Assembly: GCA_964291495.2 (NCBI GenBank)
Contig: OZ219871.1
Coordinates: forward strand, 544,001-608,000
Direction of reading: 5' to 3'
Length of the DNA: 64,000 nucleotides
Source: Dehalococcoidia bacterium
GTDB lineage: Bacteria > Chloroflexota > Dehalococcoidia > UBA2979
How positions within the stretch are numbered: position 1 is the first letter of the stretch; every line of letters begins with the position of its first letter. The translations under genes and the position numbers were made by a program. A model generated the notes under the pieces. It worked only from the letters and a program-made list of their open reading frames with translations, ran no database searches and was not told the origin of the DNA. Below, piece after piece: positions 17,801-27,440 of this stretch.

Positions 17801-18607
17801 TCAGCTAGGTTCGCCCAGGAAGTCCTCCGCGGCGTCCCGCGGGAGGTGGCCCAGCACCTGCGTGCTGTGACTGAAGTCGCGGAAGCGCCAGCGATTGTTG
17901 GAGATGCCGAAGAAGACGTCGAAGCGCACCTCCTCGGGCGCCTCGATGCTGCGCACGATCAGGTCCGTGACGTCACGATGGCTGACGAAGATCGCCTGGT
18001 TCCACGGGTCGTCCTCGCGAGGCCGGCCGCTCGCCGGGCAACCGCCGATGCGCAGGCAGATGATCGAGAGCTCGGTCGTCTCCACGTACATGCGCGCGAG
18101 GTCCTCGCCGAACAGCTTGGAGACGCCGTAGAGGTTGTTGGGCCTCGGCTCGTCGCTGGTCCGCAGCATCCGCCACTCCGAGGGCACGCGGTCGTATTCG
18201 CCTCGGGTGATCTCGCGGTAGGGCGACGACTTCTGGTAGCCGCCCATCGTCGCGCCGCTCGATGCGAAGACGACGCGCCGCACCCCCGCCCGCAGCGAGG
18301 CCTCGAAAACGTTGCGCGTACCGCCGATGTTGTTGCGCAGGATCTCCTCCCACGGCGCCTGGAACATCCCGAGCGGCGAGTTCACCCCGCCGTAGGCGGC
18401 GAGGTGCACGACCGTGTCGACGCCCTCGAAGGCCGGTTCGATCTCCTCCAGCACCGCGATGTCGGCGCGGATGTTCCGCTCCGCGGGCAGGTCCTCGACG
18501 CCGCCGCGCGAGAGCGCGACGACCTCGTAACGCTCCTCGAGGGCGGGGCGGATCGCCGCGCCGACCGCGCCGCCGAGCCCCGTGACGAGCACGCGCCGTT
18601 GGTCCAT
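17801..18607 (-). CDS. NAD-dependent epimerase/dehydrogenase (uronate dehydrogenase-like)
   Basis: VLVTGLGGAVG, VHLAA, VFASS, YGVSK; ATG at 18607. Confidence 0.88.
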   Translation of the reverse strand: MDQRRVLVTGLGGAVGAAIRPALEERYEVVALSRGGVEDLPAERNIRADIAVLEEIEPAFEGVDTVVHLAAYGGVNSPLGMFQAPWEEILRNNIGGTRNVFEASLRAGVRRVVFASSGATMGGYQKSSPYREITRGEYDRVPSEWRMLRTSDEPRPNNLYGVSKLFGEDLARMYVETTELSIICLRIGGCPASGRPREDDPWNQAIFVSHRDVTDLIVRSIEAPEEVRFDVFFGISNNRWRFRDFSHSTQVLGHLPRDAAEDFLGEPS

Positions 18608-18699
18608 GGTCCTCGTCCCTTCGTGCGTGCGGTTCGTGACAACGTCGCGCAGGGTACCGCAGGCCGCCCTCGTGGCCCTGGGAGCCGCGCACGAGTGCC

Positions 18700-19977
18700 T
18701 CAGCGCGAGGCGAGCTGCGCCCAGGTCGGGCGGCGGATCAGCAGCAGCAGGACGGCCCCGCTGAGGGTGATCAGCGCGTACACGGTGAAGACCAGCCGGT
18801 AGCTGCCCAGCTCGTCGAACGTCCAGCCCGCGATGATCGGCGTGGCGAAGCCGAGCGGCATCATCATCGTCGAGGTCAGACCGCGAATCGTGGCGAAGTA
18901 GCGGGTGCCGAAGTAGTCGGCGACGAGCGTCATGAACATCGCCACCCAGGCCGCGTGCGCGAACGGGAAGGTGAGGAAGTAGGCCGGCAGCAGCCACATC
19001 CGATCCGGCGAGAGCCAGGCGAAGATCAGCATCCCGACACACTGCAGGAGGTAGGCGATCACGTAGAGCCGGCGGCGTCCGATGATGTCGCCGAACCACC
19101 CGCAAATGAAGCGCAGCGGCACCTGGAAGAGGCCATACGCGCCGGTGATCAGCGCCGCGCCCTGCAGCGTGAACCCAACGTTCTGGAGGTGCGGCACCTG
19201 GTGCACGATCCAGCTGATCTGCGTCGCCCCGCCGATCGCCGTGGCCCCGCCGAGCAGGTAGAACGCCGGGGTGCGCAGCGCCTCGGCGACGGTCATCCCA
19301 TCGCCCAGCGAGTCGGTGGCCGGGGCCGCCGGGGTGGCCGGCGCGGCGGCGCCGTCCGGCCGGTAGCCGTACGGCTCCGGGCGGTTGCGCAGCACGAAGG
19401 AGAGCGGCAGTGCGACGCACACGATGACCAGCGCGGCCACGATCAGCGTCGACCGCCAGCCGAGCGCGCCGATCAGCACCGCCAGCGCCGGCACCATGAA
19501 GTAGCCCGCGCCGCGCGCCGAGGCGAGCAGCCCGAGCGCCTGCCCTCGCTTGCGGTCGAACCAGCGCATCAGCGACGCCGAGTACGCCGTGGACGAGCCG
19601 AGACTCTCGCCCGAGCCGACCACGAGGCTCGCGATGTAGTAGACCCAGAGCACGCGCGCCTGGGAGAAGAGCAGCAGCCCCACGCCGACGATCAGCACGC
19701 CGGTGATCGCCATCCGCCGCGCCCCGAGGCGGTCGACGAGCGCGCCGGTGACGGGCGCGAGCAGCCCGTGCTCGAAGCTGCGGAGCGAGAAGCCGACCGA
19801 GATCGCGGCGAGGCTCCACCCGGTCTCCTCGCGGATCGGTTCGATGAAGACGCCGAAGCCGAAGCCGACGACGCCGAAGGTGAAGAAGCTGGTGAAGGCT
19901 CCGGCGAGCGCGATGTACCAGCCGTAGAAGATCCGGCCGCGCACGAGGTCGCCTGCGGGGCCCAGGGCGAGTCGCAT
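18700..19977 (-). CDS. MFS transporter
   Basis: IFYGWYI, GALVDRLGAR, RWFDRKRG, DYFGTRYF. Confidence 0.9.
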   Translation of the reverse strand: MRLALGPAGDLVRGRIFYGWYIALAGAFTSFFTFGVVGFGFGVFIEPIREETGWSLAAISVGFSLRSFEHGLLAPVTGALVDRLGARRMAITGVLIVGVGLLLFSQARVLWVYYIASLVVGSGESLGSSTAYSASLMRWFDRKRGQALGLLASARGAGYFMVPALAVLIGALGWRSTLIVAALVIVCVALPLSFVLRNRPEPYGYRPDGAAAPATPAAPATDSLGDGMTVAEALRTPAFYLLGGATAIGGATQISWIVHQVPHLQNVGFTLQGAALITGAYGLFQVPLRFICGWFGDIIGRRRLYVIAYLLQCVGMLIFAWLSPDRMWLLPAYFLTFPFAHAAWVAMFMTLVADYFGTRYFATIRGLTSTMMMPLGFATPIIAGWTFDELGSYRLVFTVYALITLSGAVLLLLIRRPTWAQLASR

Positions 19978-20091
19978 CGCGTCTCCGTCCGGGCGCCGGC
20001 CCTCGCGAGGCCGGCGTCGCGCGCAGCGTAGCGCCCCGGCGACCGATCGCGGGCCGATCGCGTAGCATCGCCGCGCGCAGAGGAGCAGACG

Positions 20092-21465
20092 ATGATCCAG
20101 GCACGACCAACCGCGCTGCGCGTCCGTGATCCCGGGCTGAAGGCCCTCTTCACGCAAGAGGCGCGCTGGCAGTCGTGGCTCGACGTCGAGGTGGCGCTCG
20201 CCCGCGCGCAGGCCGAGATCGGGATGATTCCCGAGGCGGCCGCAGCGGAGATTGGGAGTAAGGCGCGGCTCGAGCTGTTCGACATCGAGCGCGTCACCGA
20301 GGGGCTGCGCGTCACCGGGCACGGTCTCGTGCCGCTGGTCTGGGAGCTCGACCGGCTCTGCAAGGGCGACGCCGGCGGCTACGTCCACTGGGGTGCGACC
20401 ACGCAGAACATCACGCAGACGGGCAGCATCCTGCAGACGCGGAAGGCGCACCGCATCATCCTCGCGGAGCTTGCGGACCTGCTCGAGGCGTTCGCCACGC
20501 TCGCCGAGCGCACGAAGCACGATGCGATCGCGGGTCGCACGCACGGGCAGCACGCGGTGCCCTCGACGTTCGGGGCGAAGGTCGCCGTGTGGATCGACGA
20601 GCTGTGCCGCCACGCGGAGCGGCTGCGCCAGCTGGAGCCGCGCACCTTCGTCGCGATGCTCGGCGGCGGCGCGGGCACGGCCGCCTCCTTCGAGGGCCAC
20701 GCCTCCGCGTTGCAGCGGCGCATGGGCGAGCTGCTCGGGCTCGGGTCGATGCCGCTGCCCGGCCGCACGATCTACGACCACCTGACGGAGTACGTCCTCG
20801 CCCTCGCCATGCTCGGCACGAGTTGCGGGAAGGCCGCACGCGAGGTGCGCAAGCTGATGGCGGAGGAGTTCGGCGAGGTCGAGGAGCACGTGCCGCCCGG
20901 CACGGTCGGCAGCAGCACAATGCCGCAGAAGCGCAACCCAAAGCTCTGCCAGGACATCATCGCCGACGAAACGCACCTGCGCGCGCTGGTCCCGCTCGCC
21001 CTCGAGGCGATGCTCGGCGATCACGAGGCCGACGGCAGCCGTTCGATGATGATCGACCGCGCGCTGCGCCAGGCGGTCGAGCTGAGCGCCGACATCCTCG
21101 TGCGGCTGCTTGACGTGGCCGAGGGGCTGCGTGTCTTCCCGGAGCGGATGCGCGAGAACCTCGATCTCTCGGGCGGACTGATCATGTCGGAGAGCCTGAT
21201 GCTCGAGCTGGGGCGCGAGATCGGGCGGCAGCGCGCGCACGACGCGATCTACGAGGCGGCGCAGGAGGCCGCCACCAGCGGCGAGTCGTTCGCCTCGCTG
21301 CTTGCGAAGGACGCGGAGATCACCGAGCGGCTCGGCGCGGAGCGGCTGGCGGAGCTGCTGGACCCGACACGCTACACCGGCGACAGCGCGAGGCAGGCCT
21401 CGGAGCAGGCGGCTCGCGCCCTGCAGGTGGCCGCGGACCTGCGCGAGGCGACTACGGCGGACTGA
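20092..21465 (+). CDS. adenylosuccinate lyase / fumarase superfamily lyase (PurB/PcaB-like)
   Basis: HWGATTQ, GRTHGQHA, signature GSSTMPQKRNP. Confidence 0.88.
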   Translation: MIQARPTALRVRDPGLKALFTQEARWQSWLDVEVALARAQAEIGMIPEAAAAEIGSKARLELFDIERVTEGLRVTGHGLVPLVWELDRLCKGDAGGYVHWGATTQNITQTGSILQTRKAHRIILAELADLLEAFATLAERTKHDAIAGRTHGQHAVPSTFGAKVAVWIDELCRHAERLRQLEPRTFVAMLGGGAGTAASFEGHASALQRRMGELLGLGSMPLPGRTIYDHLTEYVLALAMLGTSCGKAAREVRKLMAEEFGEVEEHVPPGTVGSSTMPQKRNPKLCQDIIADETHLRALVPLALEAMLGDHEADGSRSMMIDRALRQAVELSADILVRLLDVAEGLRVFPERMRENLDLSGGLIMSESLMLELGREIGRQRAHDAIYEAAQEAATSGESFASLLAKDAEITERLGAERLAELLDPTRYTGDSARQASEQAARALQVAADLREATTAD

Positions 21466-21514
21466 GCGCGGGCGGACCGAGCGCGACCGGACCGGACCGG
21501 GAGGGACACGCGGA

Positions 21515-21556
21515 CCGGCCGCGACGGTGTCGGCGGGTCGTCACCATCGCGGCCGG
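21515..21556. terminator. GC-rich hairpin between convergent genes
   Basis: ccggccgcgacggtg ... caccatcgcggccgg inverted repeat. Confidence 0.4.
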
Positions 21557-21593
21557 CAGCGCGCGGCTCGCCAGTGCCGTTCGAGCGGCTACG

Positions 21594-23353
21594 TCACTGG
21601 CTGTAGCCCGAGGCAGGCGCCAGCCCCCCGGCGGCCGCCGTGAGCCGCTCCAGCAGGAAGCGGAAGTCCTGGTACGCCTGGATCGCGCCGAGCCGCTCCT
21701 CCAGCACATCGGATTCGTCGAGCAGCGCCAGCAGGTCGGAGTGAATGCCGCGGACATCGACCTCGGCGTTCTCGACCTGCGGCGAGAGGGCGCTGTAGCG
21801 GTCGGCGGCGAGGCCGACGATGGCACCCAGCCGGAAGTAGCGGTCGGCGGCGTCGAATGGCGCATTGGCCCGCCCCGCCACGTCCGTCCGCTGGCCCAGC
21901 GTCACGCCGGAGACCGGCTCGACCCAGCGCACCTCGACCTCGCCCAGCACCGCCGCGCGGGAGCGCGCCTCGTTGCTCAGGAACAGCTCGTAGAAGACCG
22001 TCGTCGCTGCGCCCGAGGGCAGCTCGGCGAACTCCTTGCGGTTCTGCTCGAAGGTGTGGTCCGGCGTGATGCGGTTCTCGTAGCCGATGATGCGCCAGGC
22101 CTCCACCTGCCCCGGATCCCACGTCACCTGCGCGCGCGCCTGGTCGGCGAACGGCGTAGACAGCGCCAGCCAGTTCTCGCGGCTGAACGTCGCCCGCGCC
22201 TGCGCGGTGTCGTCGAGGTAGCGGTACCAGCCGTTGCCATGCTGCGCGAGCTGCTCCAGCAGGTAGTCGTTGTAGTTCTCGATCCCGACGCCGATCGTGA
22301 TCAGGCGCAGCGGGTTCCGGCTGTCGTAGTCGGGGCCGACTCGAGGATGACGAAGGGGTTGGTGGCGTCCACGTTCGCGACGCCGTCCGACATCAGGATG
22401 ACGTAGTTGAAGGCCTCGGGCCGCTCGCTACGGGCGGCATCGGCGAGCCGCACGCCGAGGTTGAGCCCGGCCTGGACGTTCGTGCTGCCGTGCGGCTCGA
22501 GCCGCTCGATCGAGCGCACGACCGCGCCGTCGTCGGGGCGGCGGTGCTCGACGGTGAGCGAGCCGATCACGTCGGTGGTGAAGTGCACGACGGCGATGCG
22601 GTCGCGGGAGCCGAGGCTGCGGCGGATCGTTTCCGCCGCCTCGCGCGCGATGGCGACGCGGTTGCCCTCGCGCATCGAGCCGGAGGCGTCCAGCACCAGC
22701 GTCACGTTGAGGGGCGTGTTGTCCGGCACCCGGGGCGCCTGCAGGCCGATGCGGGCGATGTGCCGGCCGCCGCCCAGCGGGTGCTCGAAGACATCGGTCG
22801 TGATCGCGAAGCTGCGATCGTCCGGCGGTGCGCCGTAGTTGTAGGCGAAGGCGTTGATCCACTCCTCCGCGCGCACCGAGTCGGGCTGCACCTCGAAGCC
22901 GTTGCGCGCCCAGGTCAGAGCGAGGAAGTAGGACGTGCGGTCCGTGTCGAGGCTGAAGGTGGAGACGGCGTCCGTCGACGAGTCGACGAACGGCGTGCGC
23001 CCGTAGTTCCTGAAGGTCGTCTCCCGCGGCGCCGGCTGCTGCGCCGCCGGCGTGGCCGGGGCCGCCTGCGGGGCCGGCGTCGGCGCGCCGACCGGCCGCG
23101 CGCGGGCGGCTGTCGGGGTGGCGCGCGCTGGCGCGGCAGCCGGCGCCTCGGTCGCGCGGATGACGGGAAACGCCGTGGCTGTCGCCGCAGCGGGCGCGGC
23201 GGTCGGCGCTGCAGTCGGCGCGGCGGTCGCGGCCGGGCGGGGCGCGGGCGCCTCGTCGTCGTCGTCATCGCTGCAGCCGACGACCGCGAGGCCGAGGACC
23301 GCGATCGCGGCGATCGGGGCGAGGATCCGGAGCAGGCTCAGTGGTAGTCGCAT
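21594..23353 (-). pseudogene. YfbK-like VWA-domain lipoprotein with a 1-nt frameshift near 22332-22335 (pseudogene or sequence error)
   Basis: Signal LAVVGC, Pro/Ala/Thr stalk, STFSLDTDRTSY, VRAEEWIN, DASGSM MIDAS. Aligned to the paralogue, GAG TCG GCC CC- GAC TAC lacks one base; restoring it joins ORFs 22301..23359 and 21594..22127. Confidence 0.85.
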
Positions 23354-23371
23354 CTTCAACCTCCCAAGGCT

Positions 23372-23410
23372 CTTACAGGAGGTACGCGCGTGATCGCCGG
23401 ATGGTTCCCT
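23372..23410 (-). promoter_or_regulatory. predicted ECF-sigma promoter (GGAAC-N17-CGTA)
   Basis: AGGGAACCATCCGGCGATCACGCGCGTACCTCCTGTAAG; aligns without gaps to the sequence upstream of the sigma gene. Confidence 0.7.
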
Positions 23411-23456
23411 GTCGCGCCGCGCGGGCTCCGCACCGATCGCCGAGTCCGCAAGTCAG

Positions 23457-23513
23457 CGACCCGGACCCCCTCGCCGCGCCCGGCGGGTGCGCGGCGAGGG
23501 GGTTTCCGGGTCG
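23457..23513. terminator. long hairpin between the two VWA genes
   Basis: CGACCCGGA CCCCCTCGCCGCGC ... GCGCGGCGAGGGGG TT TCCGGGTCG. Confidence 0.6.
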
Positions 23514-23526
23514 GGAGGGGGCGGGG

Positions 23527-25674
23527 TCAGCGGCTGTAGCCCGAGGACGGCGCCAGCTCCGCGGCGGCCACCGTGAGCTGCTCGAGCAGGAAGCGGAAGT
23601 CCACGTACGCCTCGAGCGAGCCGAGCACGCCAGCGAGGCCGCCAAGCTCCGTGCCGAGGGCCGCGAGGTCGGCGTGGATGCCAGCGTAGTCGACCTCCGC
23701 GCCCTCGACCTGGGGTGAGAGCGCGCTGTAGCGGTCGGCGGCGAGGCCGACGATCGCGCCGAGGCGCAGGTAGTCGTCGCCGCCGCCGAAGGAGAGCCCG
23801 GTGTGGCCGGAGACGCTGGCGCTCTGGCTGCGCGAGGCCCCGGAGGCCGGGTCGACCCAGCGCAGCTCCACGCTGCCGAGCGTGCCGGAGCGGTCGCGCG
23901 CGCCCTCGTGCAGGACCAGCTCGTAGAAGACCGTCGTGGAGGCGCCGGAGGGCAGCTCGGCGAACTCCTTGCGGTCCTGCTCGAAGGTGTGGTCCGGCGT
24001 GATGCGGTTCTCGTAGCCGACGATGCGCCAGGCCCGCACGAGCGCGGGGTCCCATCTCACCTGCGCGCGGGTCTGGTCGGCGAAGGGGGTGGAGAGCGCC
24101 AGCCAGTTCTCCCGGCTGAACGTCTCCCGCGCCTGCGTGGTGTCGTCGAGGTAGCGGTACCACCCGTTGCCGTGCTGGGCGAGCTGCTCCAGCAGGTAGT
24201 CGTTGTAGTTCTCGATCCCGACGCCGATCGTGATCAGGCGCAGCGGGTTGGTGCTGTCCGTGTCCGCGGCGGACTCGAGGATGGCGAACGGGTTGGTCGC
24301 GTCCACGTTCGCGACGCCGTCCGACATCAGGATGATGTAGTTGAACGCCTCCGGCCGATCGCGCCGCGCCGCATCGGCAAGCCGCACGCCGAGGTTCAGC
24401 CCCGCCTGGACGTTCGTGTTGTAGTGCGGCATCAGGTTCCCGATCGACCACGCCACGTTCGGGTCGTCGGGAGCCGCGTGCTCAACCGTGTAGGCGTCGA
24501 TGACCGCGTTCGTGAAGTGGACGACGGCGATGCGATCGCGCGCGCCGAGGCTCTGGCGGATCGTCTCCGCCGCCTCGCGCGCGATGGCGACGCGGTTCCC
24601 CCAGTCCATCGAGCCGGACGCGTCCAGCACCAGCGTGACGTTCAGCGGCGTGTCGTCACGCACGTGGGGCGCCTGGAAGGCAACGCGGGCGAGGTGCCGG
24701 TCGCCCTCGAGCGGGTGCGCCACCACGTCGCTGGTGATGGCGAAGCTCCGGTCGTCGCCCGGCGCCGCGTAGCCGTAGTCGAAGGCGTTGATCCACTCCT
24801 CCGCACGCACGGAGTCGGGGTCCACGGTGTAGCCGTTCCGCGCCCACGTCAGCGCGAGGAAGTAGGACGTGCGGTCCGTGTCCAGGCTGAACGTGGAGAC
24901 GGCATCGGTGGACGTGTCCGTGAACGGCGTACGGCCGTAGTCCTGGAAGGTCGTGGCCGGGGGCTGCTGAGGGGACGCCGCTGATTCGTCGGGCATGCCG
25001 GGCTCGCCGGCAGCGTCGGCCATGCTGGGGCCGTCGGCGGCATCGGCGGCAGGCGTTTCGGCCTTCGGCTCGGCGGTGGGAGCCGCTACGACGGCGGGCG
25101 TCGGCGTTGCCGTGGCGGGCGCGGCCGTAGGGGTGGGCGCAGCCGTCGGTGCGGCTGTCGCGACCGGTGTCGCGGTTTGCCTGGGCGCGGCCGTGGGGGC
25201 CTGCGTCGGCGCGGGGCTGGGGCGCGGCGGCGCCCCCTGAGGCGTGGCGCGAGGCGCGAGGGGCGCCGGCGTGGCAGCCGCCGCCTCGGTCGCCCGGATC
25301 ACTGGAAACGCGGTGGCAGTGGCGGGCGCAGCGGTCGGCGCGGGTGTCGCCCCCGACGACGTGGCGGCAGGAGCCGCGATTGGCGCGATCCCGCCATCGC
25401 CGCCACCACCGAGGTTACCGGCGAGGGCCCAGACCCCGATCGTGACTGCCACGACCACCACGGCCGTTGCCGCCGCCGCCGGGACCCAGTCCCGCGTCGC
25501 CGTGAACGCCATCGCGCGACGCCAGAAGGCGAAGCGTGGTTCCTGCTGTTCCCCCAGGCGCCCCTCCAGGCGATCCCAGAGGTCGTCGGGCGCGCGCAGC
25601 TCTCGAGCCTCCTCGGAGAAGTGCTCGCGGAGGCGGCGCTCCAGCTCGTTGTCGGGTGAGTCGTTACGCGCCAT
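23527..25674 (-). CDS. membrane-anchored YfbK-like VWA protein with an anti-sigma-like N-terminus
   Basis: N-terminal LERRLREHF...APDDLWDRLE, one TM segment, PTA-rich linker, VWA (DASGSM, TN, SDG), C-terminal YENR...AELPSG; start overlaps the sigma gene end. Confidence 0.85.
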   Translation of the reverse strand: MARNDSPDNELERRLREHFSEEARELRAPDDLWDRLEGRLGEQQEPRFAFWRRAMAFTATRDWVPAAAATAVVVVAVTIGVWALAGNLGGGGDGGIAPIAAPAATSSGATPAPTAAPATATAFPVIRATEAAAATPAPLAPRATPQGAPPRPSPAPTQAPTAAPRQTATPVATAAPTAAPTPTAAPATATPTPAVVAAPTAEPKAETPAADAADGPSMADAAGEPGMPDESAASPQQPPATTFQDYGRTPFTDTSTDAVSTFSLDTDRTSYFLALTWARNGYTVDPDSVRAEEWINAFDYGYAAPGDDRSFAITSDVVAHPLEGDRHLARVAFQAPHVRDDTPLNVTLVLDASGSMDWGNRVAIAREAAETIRQSLGARDRIAVVHFTNAVIDAYTVEHAAPDDPNVAWSIGNLMPHYNTNVQAGLNLGVRLADAARRDRPEAFNYIILMSDGVANVDATNPFAILESAADTDSTNPLRLITIGVGIENYNDYLLEQLAQHGNGWYRYLDDTTQARETFSRENWLALSTPFADQTRAQVRWDPALVRAWRIVGYENRITPDHTFEQDRKEFAELPSGASTTVFYELVLHEGARDRSGTLGSVELRWVDPASGASRSQSASVSGHTGLSFGGGDDYLRLGAIVGLAADRYSALSPQVEGAEVDYAGIHADLAALGTELGGLAGVLGSLEAYVDFRFLLEQLTVAAAELAPSSGYSR

Positions 25675-26221
25675 TGCCTGCGACCTCCATCCCGCCGGAC
25701 TGCTCCAGCAGCTCGCGCATGTGGCGGAGCGCTCTGTGGAGCCGGGACTTGACCGTGCCCTCGCGCACGCCGGCGGACTGCGCTACCTGCGCCACCGTGA
25801 GGTCGGCGAAGTAGCGCAGCACCACCACCTGGCGGTGCTCGGGACTGAGCTGGGCGAGCGCGTGCCGCACGGCCTCGCGGTCTTCGCTCGCCTCGATTGC
25901 TTCGTGTTGGCTGGATGGCGTGCCGAGCGGGATCGACTCCTCGAGGGGGACCGTCGCGAGCGCGCGCTTGCGTTGCTGGGAGCGCACGGCGTTGACGAGG
26001 ATGCGCATCAGCCAGGGCTTGAACGCACTGCCGCGCCGGAAGGTGCGGATGCCGCGCCAGGCCAGCAGGAACGCATCCTGGACGTGCTCTTCGGCCTGGG
26101 CGGCGTTGCCTGTCATGAGGTAGGCGGTGCCGAAGAGCGGGCCCTTGTACTGCTCGACCAGGTGGCGGAAGGCCTCGCGATCCCCGTCCTGGCAGCGCAG
26201 GACGGCCTCGTCGTCGGTCAT
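25664..26221 (-). CDS. ECF RNA polymerase sigma factor (alternative start 26290)
   Basis: GDREAFRHLVEQY, AEEHVQDAF, FKPWLMRI, LSPEHRQVVVLRY, GTVKSRLHRA. Confidence 0.93.
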   Translation of the reverse strand: MTDDEAVLRCQDGDREAFRHLVEQYKGPLFGTAYLMTGNAAQAEEHVQDAFLLAWRGIRTFRRGSAFKPWLMRILVNAVRSQQRKRALATVPLEESIPLGTPSSQHEAIEASEDREAVRHALAQLSPEHRQVVVLRYFADLTVAQVAQSAGVREGTVKSRLHRALRHMRELLEQSGGMEVAGNGA

Positions 26222-26291
26222 ACGCCCCTCGCCCTCCGCCGGCCGGCCGGGGTAGTGATCGCGCCTCGCATCAACCCGCGCCAGTACCATC

Positions 26292-26330
26292 CTGACAGTA
26301 CATATGCGCCGCGAGGCCGGATCGTTCCCT
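26292..26330 (-). promoter_or_regulatory. predicted autoregulated ECF promoter (GGAAC-N17-CATA)
   Basis: AGGGAACGATCCGGCCTCGCGGCGCATATGTACTGTCAG. Confidence 0.7.
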
Positions 26331-26382
26331 CCACCCGCAAGAACGTTGCCCGGATCCGGCGGAGCGGCAGCGCGCCGCGCCG

Positions 26383-27312
26383 TCAGCGCTGCGAGGCCAG
26401 CAGCGACTCCACCTCGCCGCGCCCGGGCATCGCGTCCTGCGCCCCGCGCCTCGTGACGACGAGCGCGCCGGCAGCGGCGGCGAAGCGGACCGCGTGCTCG
26501 AGCGGCCGGTCCTCGGCGAGCGCGACCGCGAGGGCGCCCGCGAACCCGTCACCCGCGGCCACGGTGTCGACTGCCTCGACGCGAAATGCGGGCACGTGCC
26601 CCTCGCCCTCGTCCGATGCATGGACCACGCCCTGGTCGCCCAGCTTGACGATCGCGGTTCGCGCGCCTCGCGCCCGGAGGACTCGCGCTGCCTCGCGAGC
26701 GGAGTCCACGCCGTCGACCGTGACGCCGGTCAGCACCTCGGCCTCGGACTGGTTTGGCGCGATGACGTCGAAGGAGTCGTAGGCCGAGTCGGGGAGCGGC
26801 GAGGGCGGCGCGGGGTCATGGATGACGAGAACTCCGCGCCTCCGGGCGATCGCGGCGGCCTCGAGGGAGACGTGGAGCGGAATCTCCATTTGCAGCAGGA
26901 GCGCGTCCGCCCCGTCGAGCGCGCGGCGCGTTGCCTCCACCTGCACCTCGTCGCAGGCCATGTTCGCGCCGTAGATCCCGACGATGTGGTTCTGCCGGTC
27001 GGCGTCGAGCAGGATGACGGCTACGCCGGACGACGCACCAGGCGTGGTCACCACGTCGTCCACGTTCACGCCGTGCGCCTCGAGGCTTGCGAGCAGCAGC
27101 GGGCCGAACGCGTCGTCGCCCACCCTGCCGATCATGCGGACGTCCGCGCCGAGGCGTGCGGCCGCGACAGCCTGGTTTGCTCCCTTGCCACCCGGCAGGG
27201 TGGCGAAGCTCTCTCCCATCACGGTCTGACCGGGCCGAGGCAGCGCGGGGGCGGTCGCGACGAGGTCCATGTTGATGCTGCCGAGCACCACGATCCGGGG
27301 CCGCTGCGCCAT
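26383..27312 (-). CDS. rbsK: ribokinase
   Basis: GSINMD, GGKGANQAVA, NQSE, DTVAAGDGF. Confidence 0.9.
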   Translation of the reverse strand: MAQRPRIVVLGSINMDLVATAPALPRPGQTVMGESFATLPGGKGANQAVAAARLGADVRMIGRVGDDAFGPLLLASLEAHGVNVDDVVTTPGASSGVAVILLDADRQNHIVGIYGANMACDEVQVEATRRALDGADALLLQMEIPLHVSLEAAAIARRRGVLVIHDPAPPSPLPDSAYDSFDVIAPNQSEAEVLTGVTVDGVDSAREAARVLRARGARTAIVKLGDQGVVHASDEGEGHVPAFRVEAVDTVAAGDGFAGALAVALAEDRPLEHAVRFAAAAGALVVTRRGAQDAMPGRGEVESLLASQR

Positions 27313-27440
27313 GCCGTGCCTCCCTTGACCGATGGTTGCGCGGCAGCGGCCCGATAAGCAACGGGCCGCCACGCGCCTCGAATCGATAGATCGCCCCGGT
27401 CGCGCTACATTGACGCCCGGTGACGGAAGGTTGGTGCGGG

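Noticed and set aside
17801-21240. Apparent giant fusion ORFs (769 aa and 846 aa) covering the epimerase and MFS genes
   Set aside because: The upstream extensions are non-coding-frame read-through; real starts are at 18607 and 19977
20092-21465. Firm assignment as purB or pcaB
   Set aside because: The superfamily signature is clear, but no purine or protocatechuate genes are adjacent to decide between them
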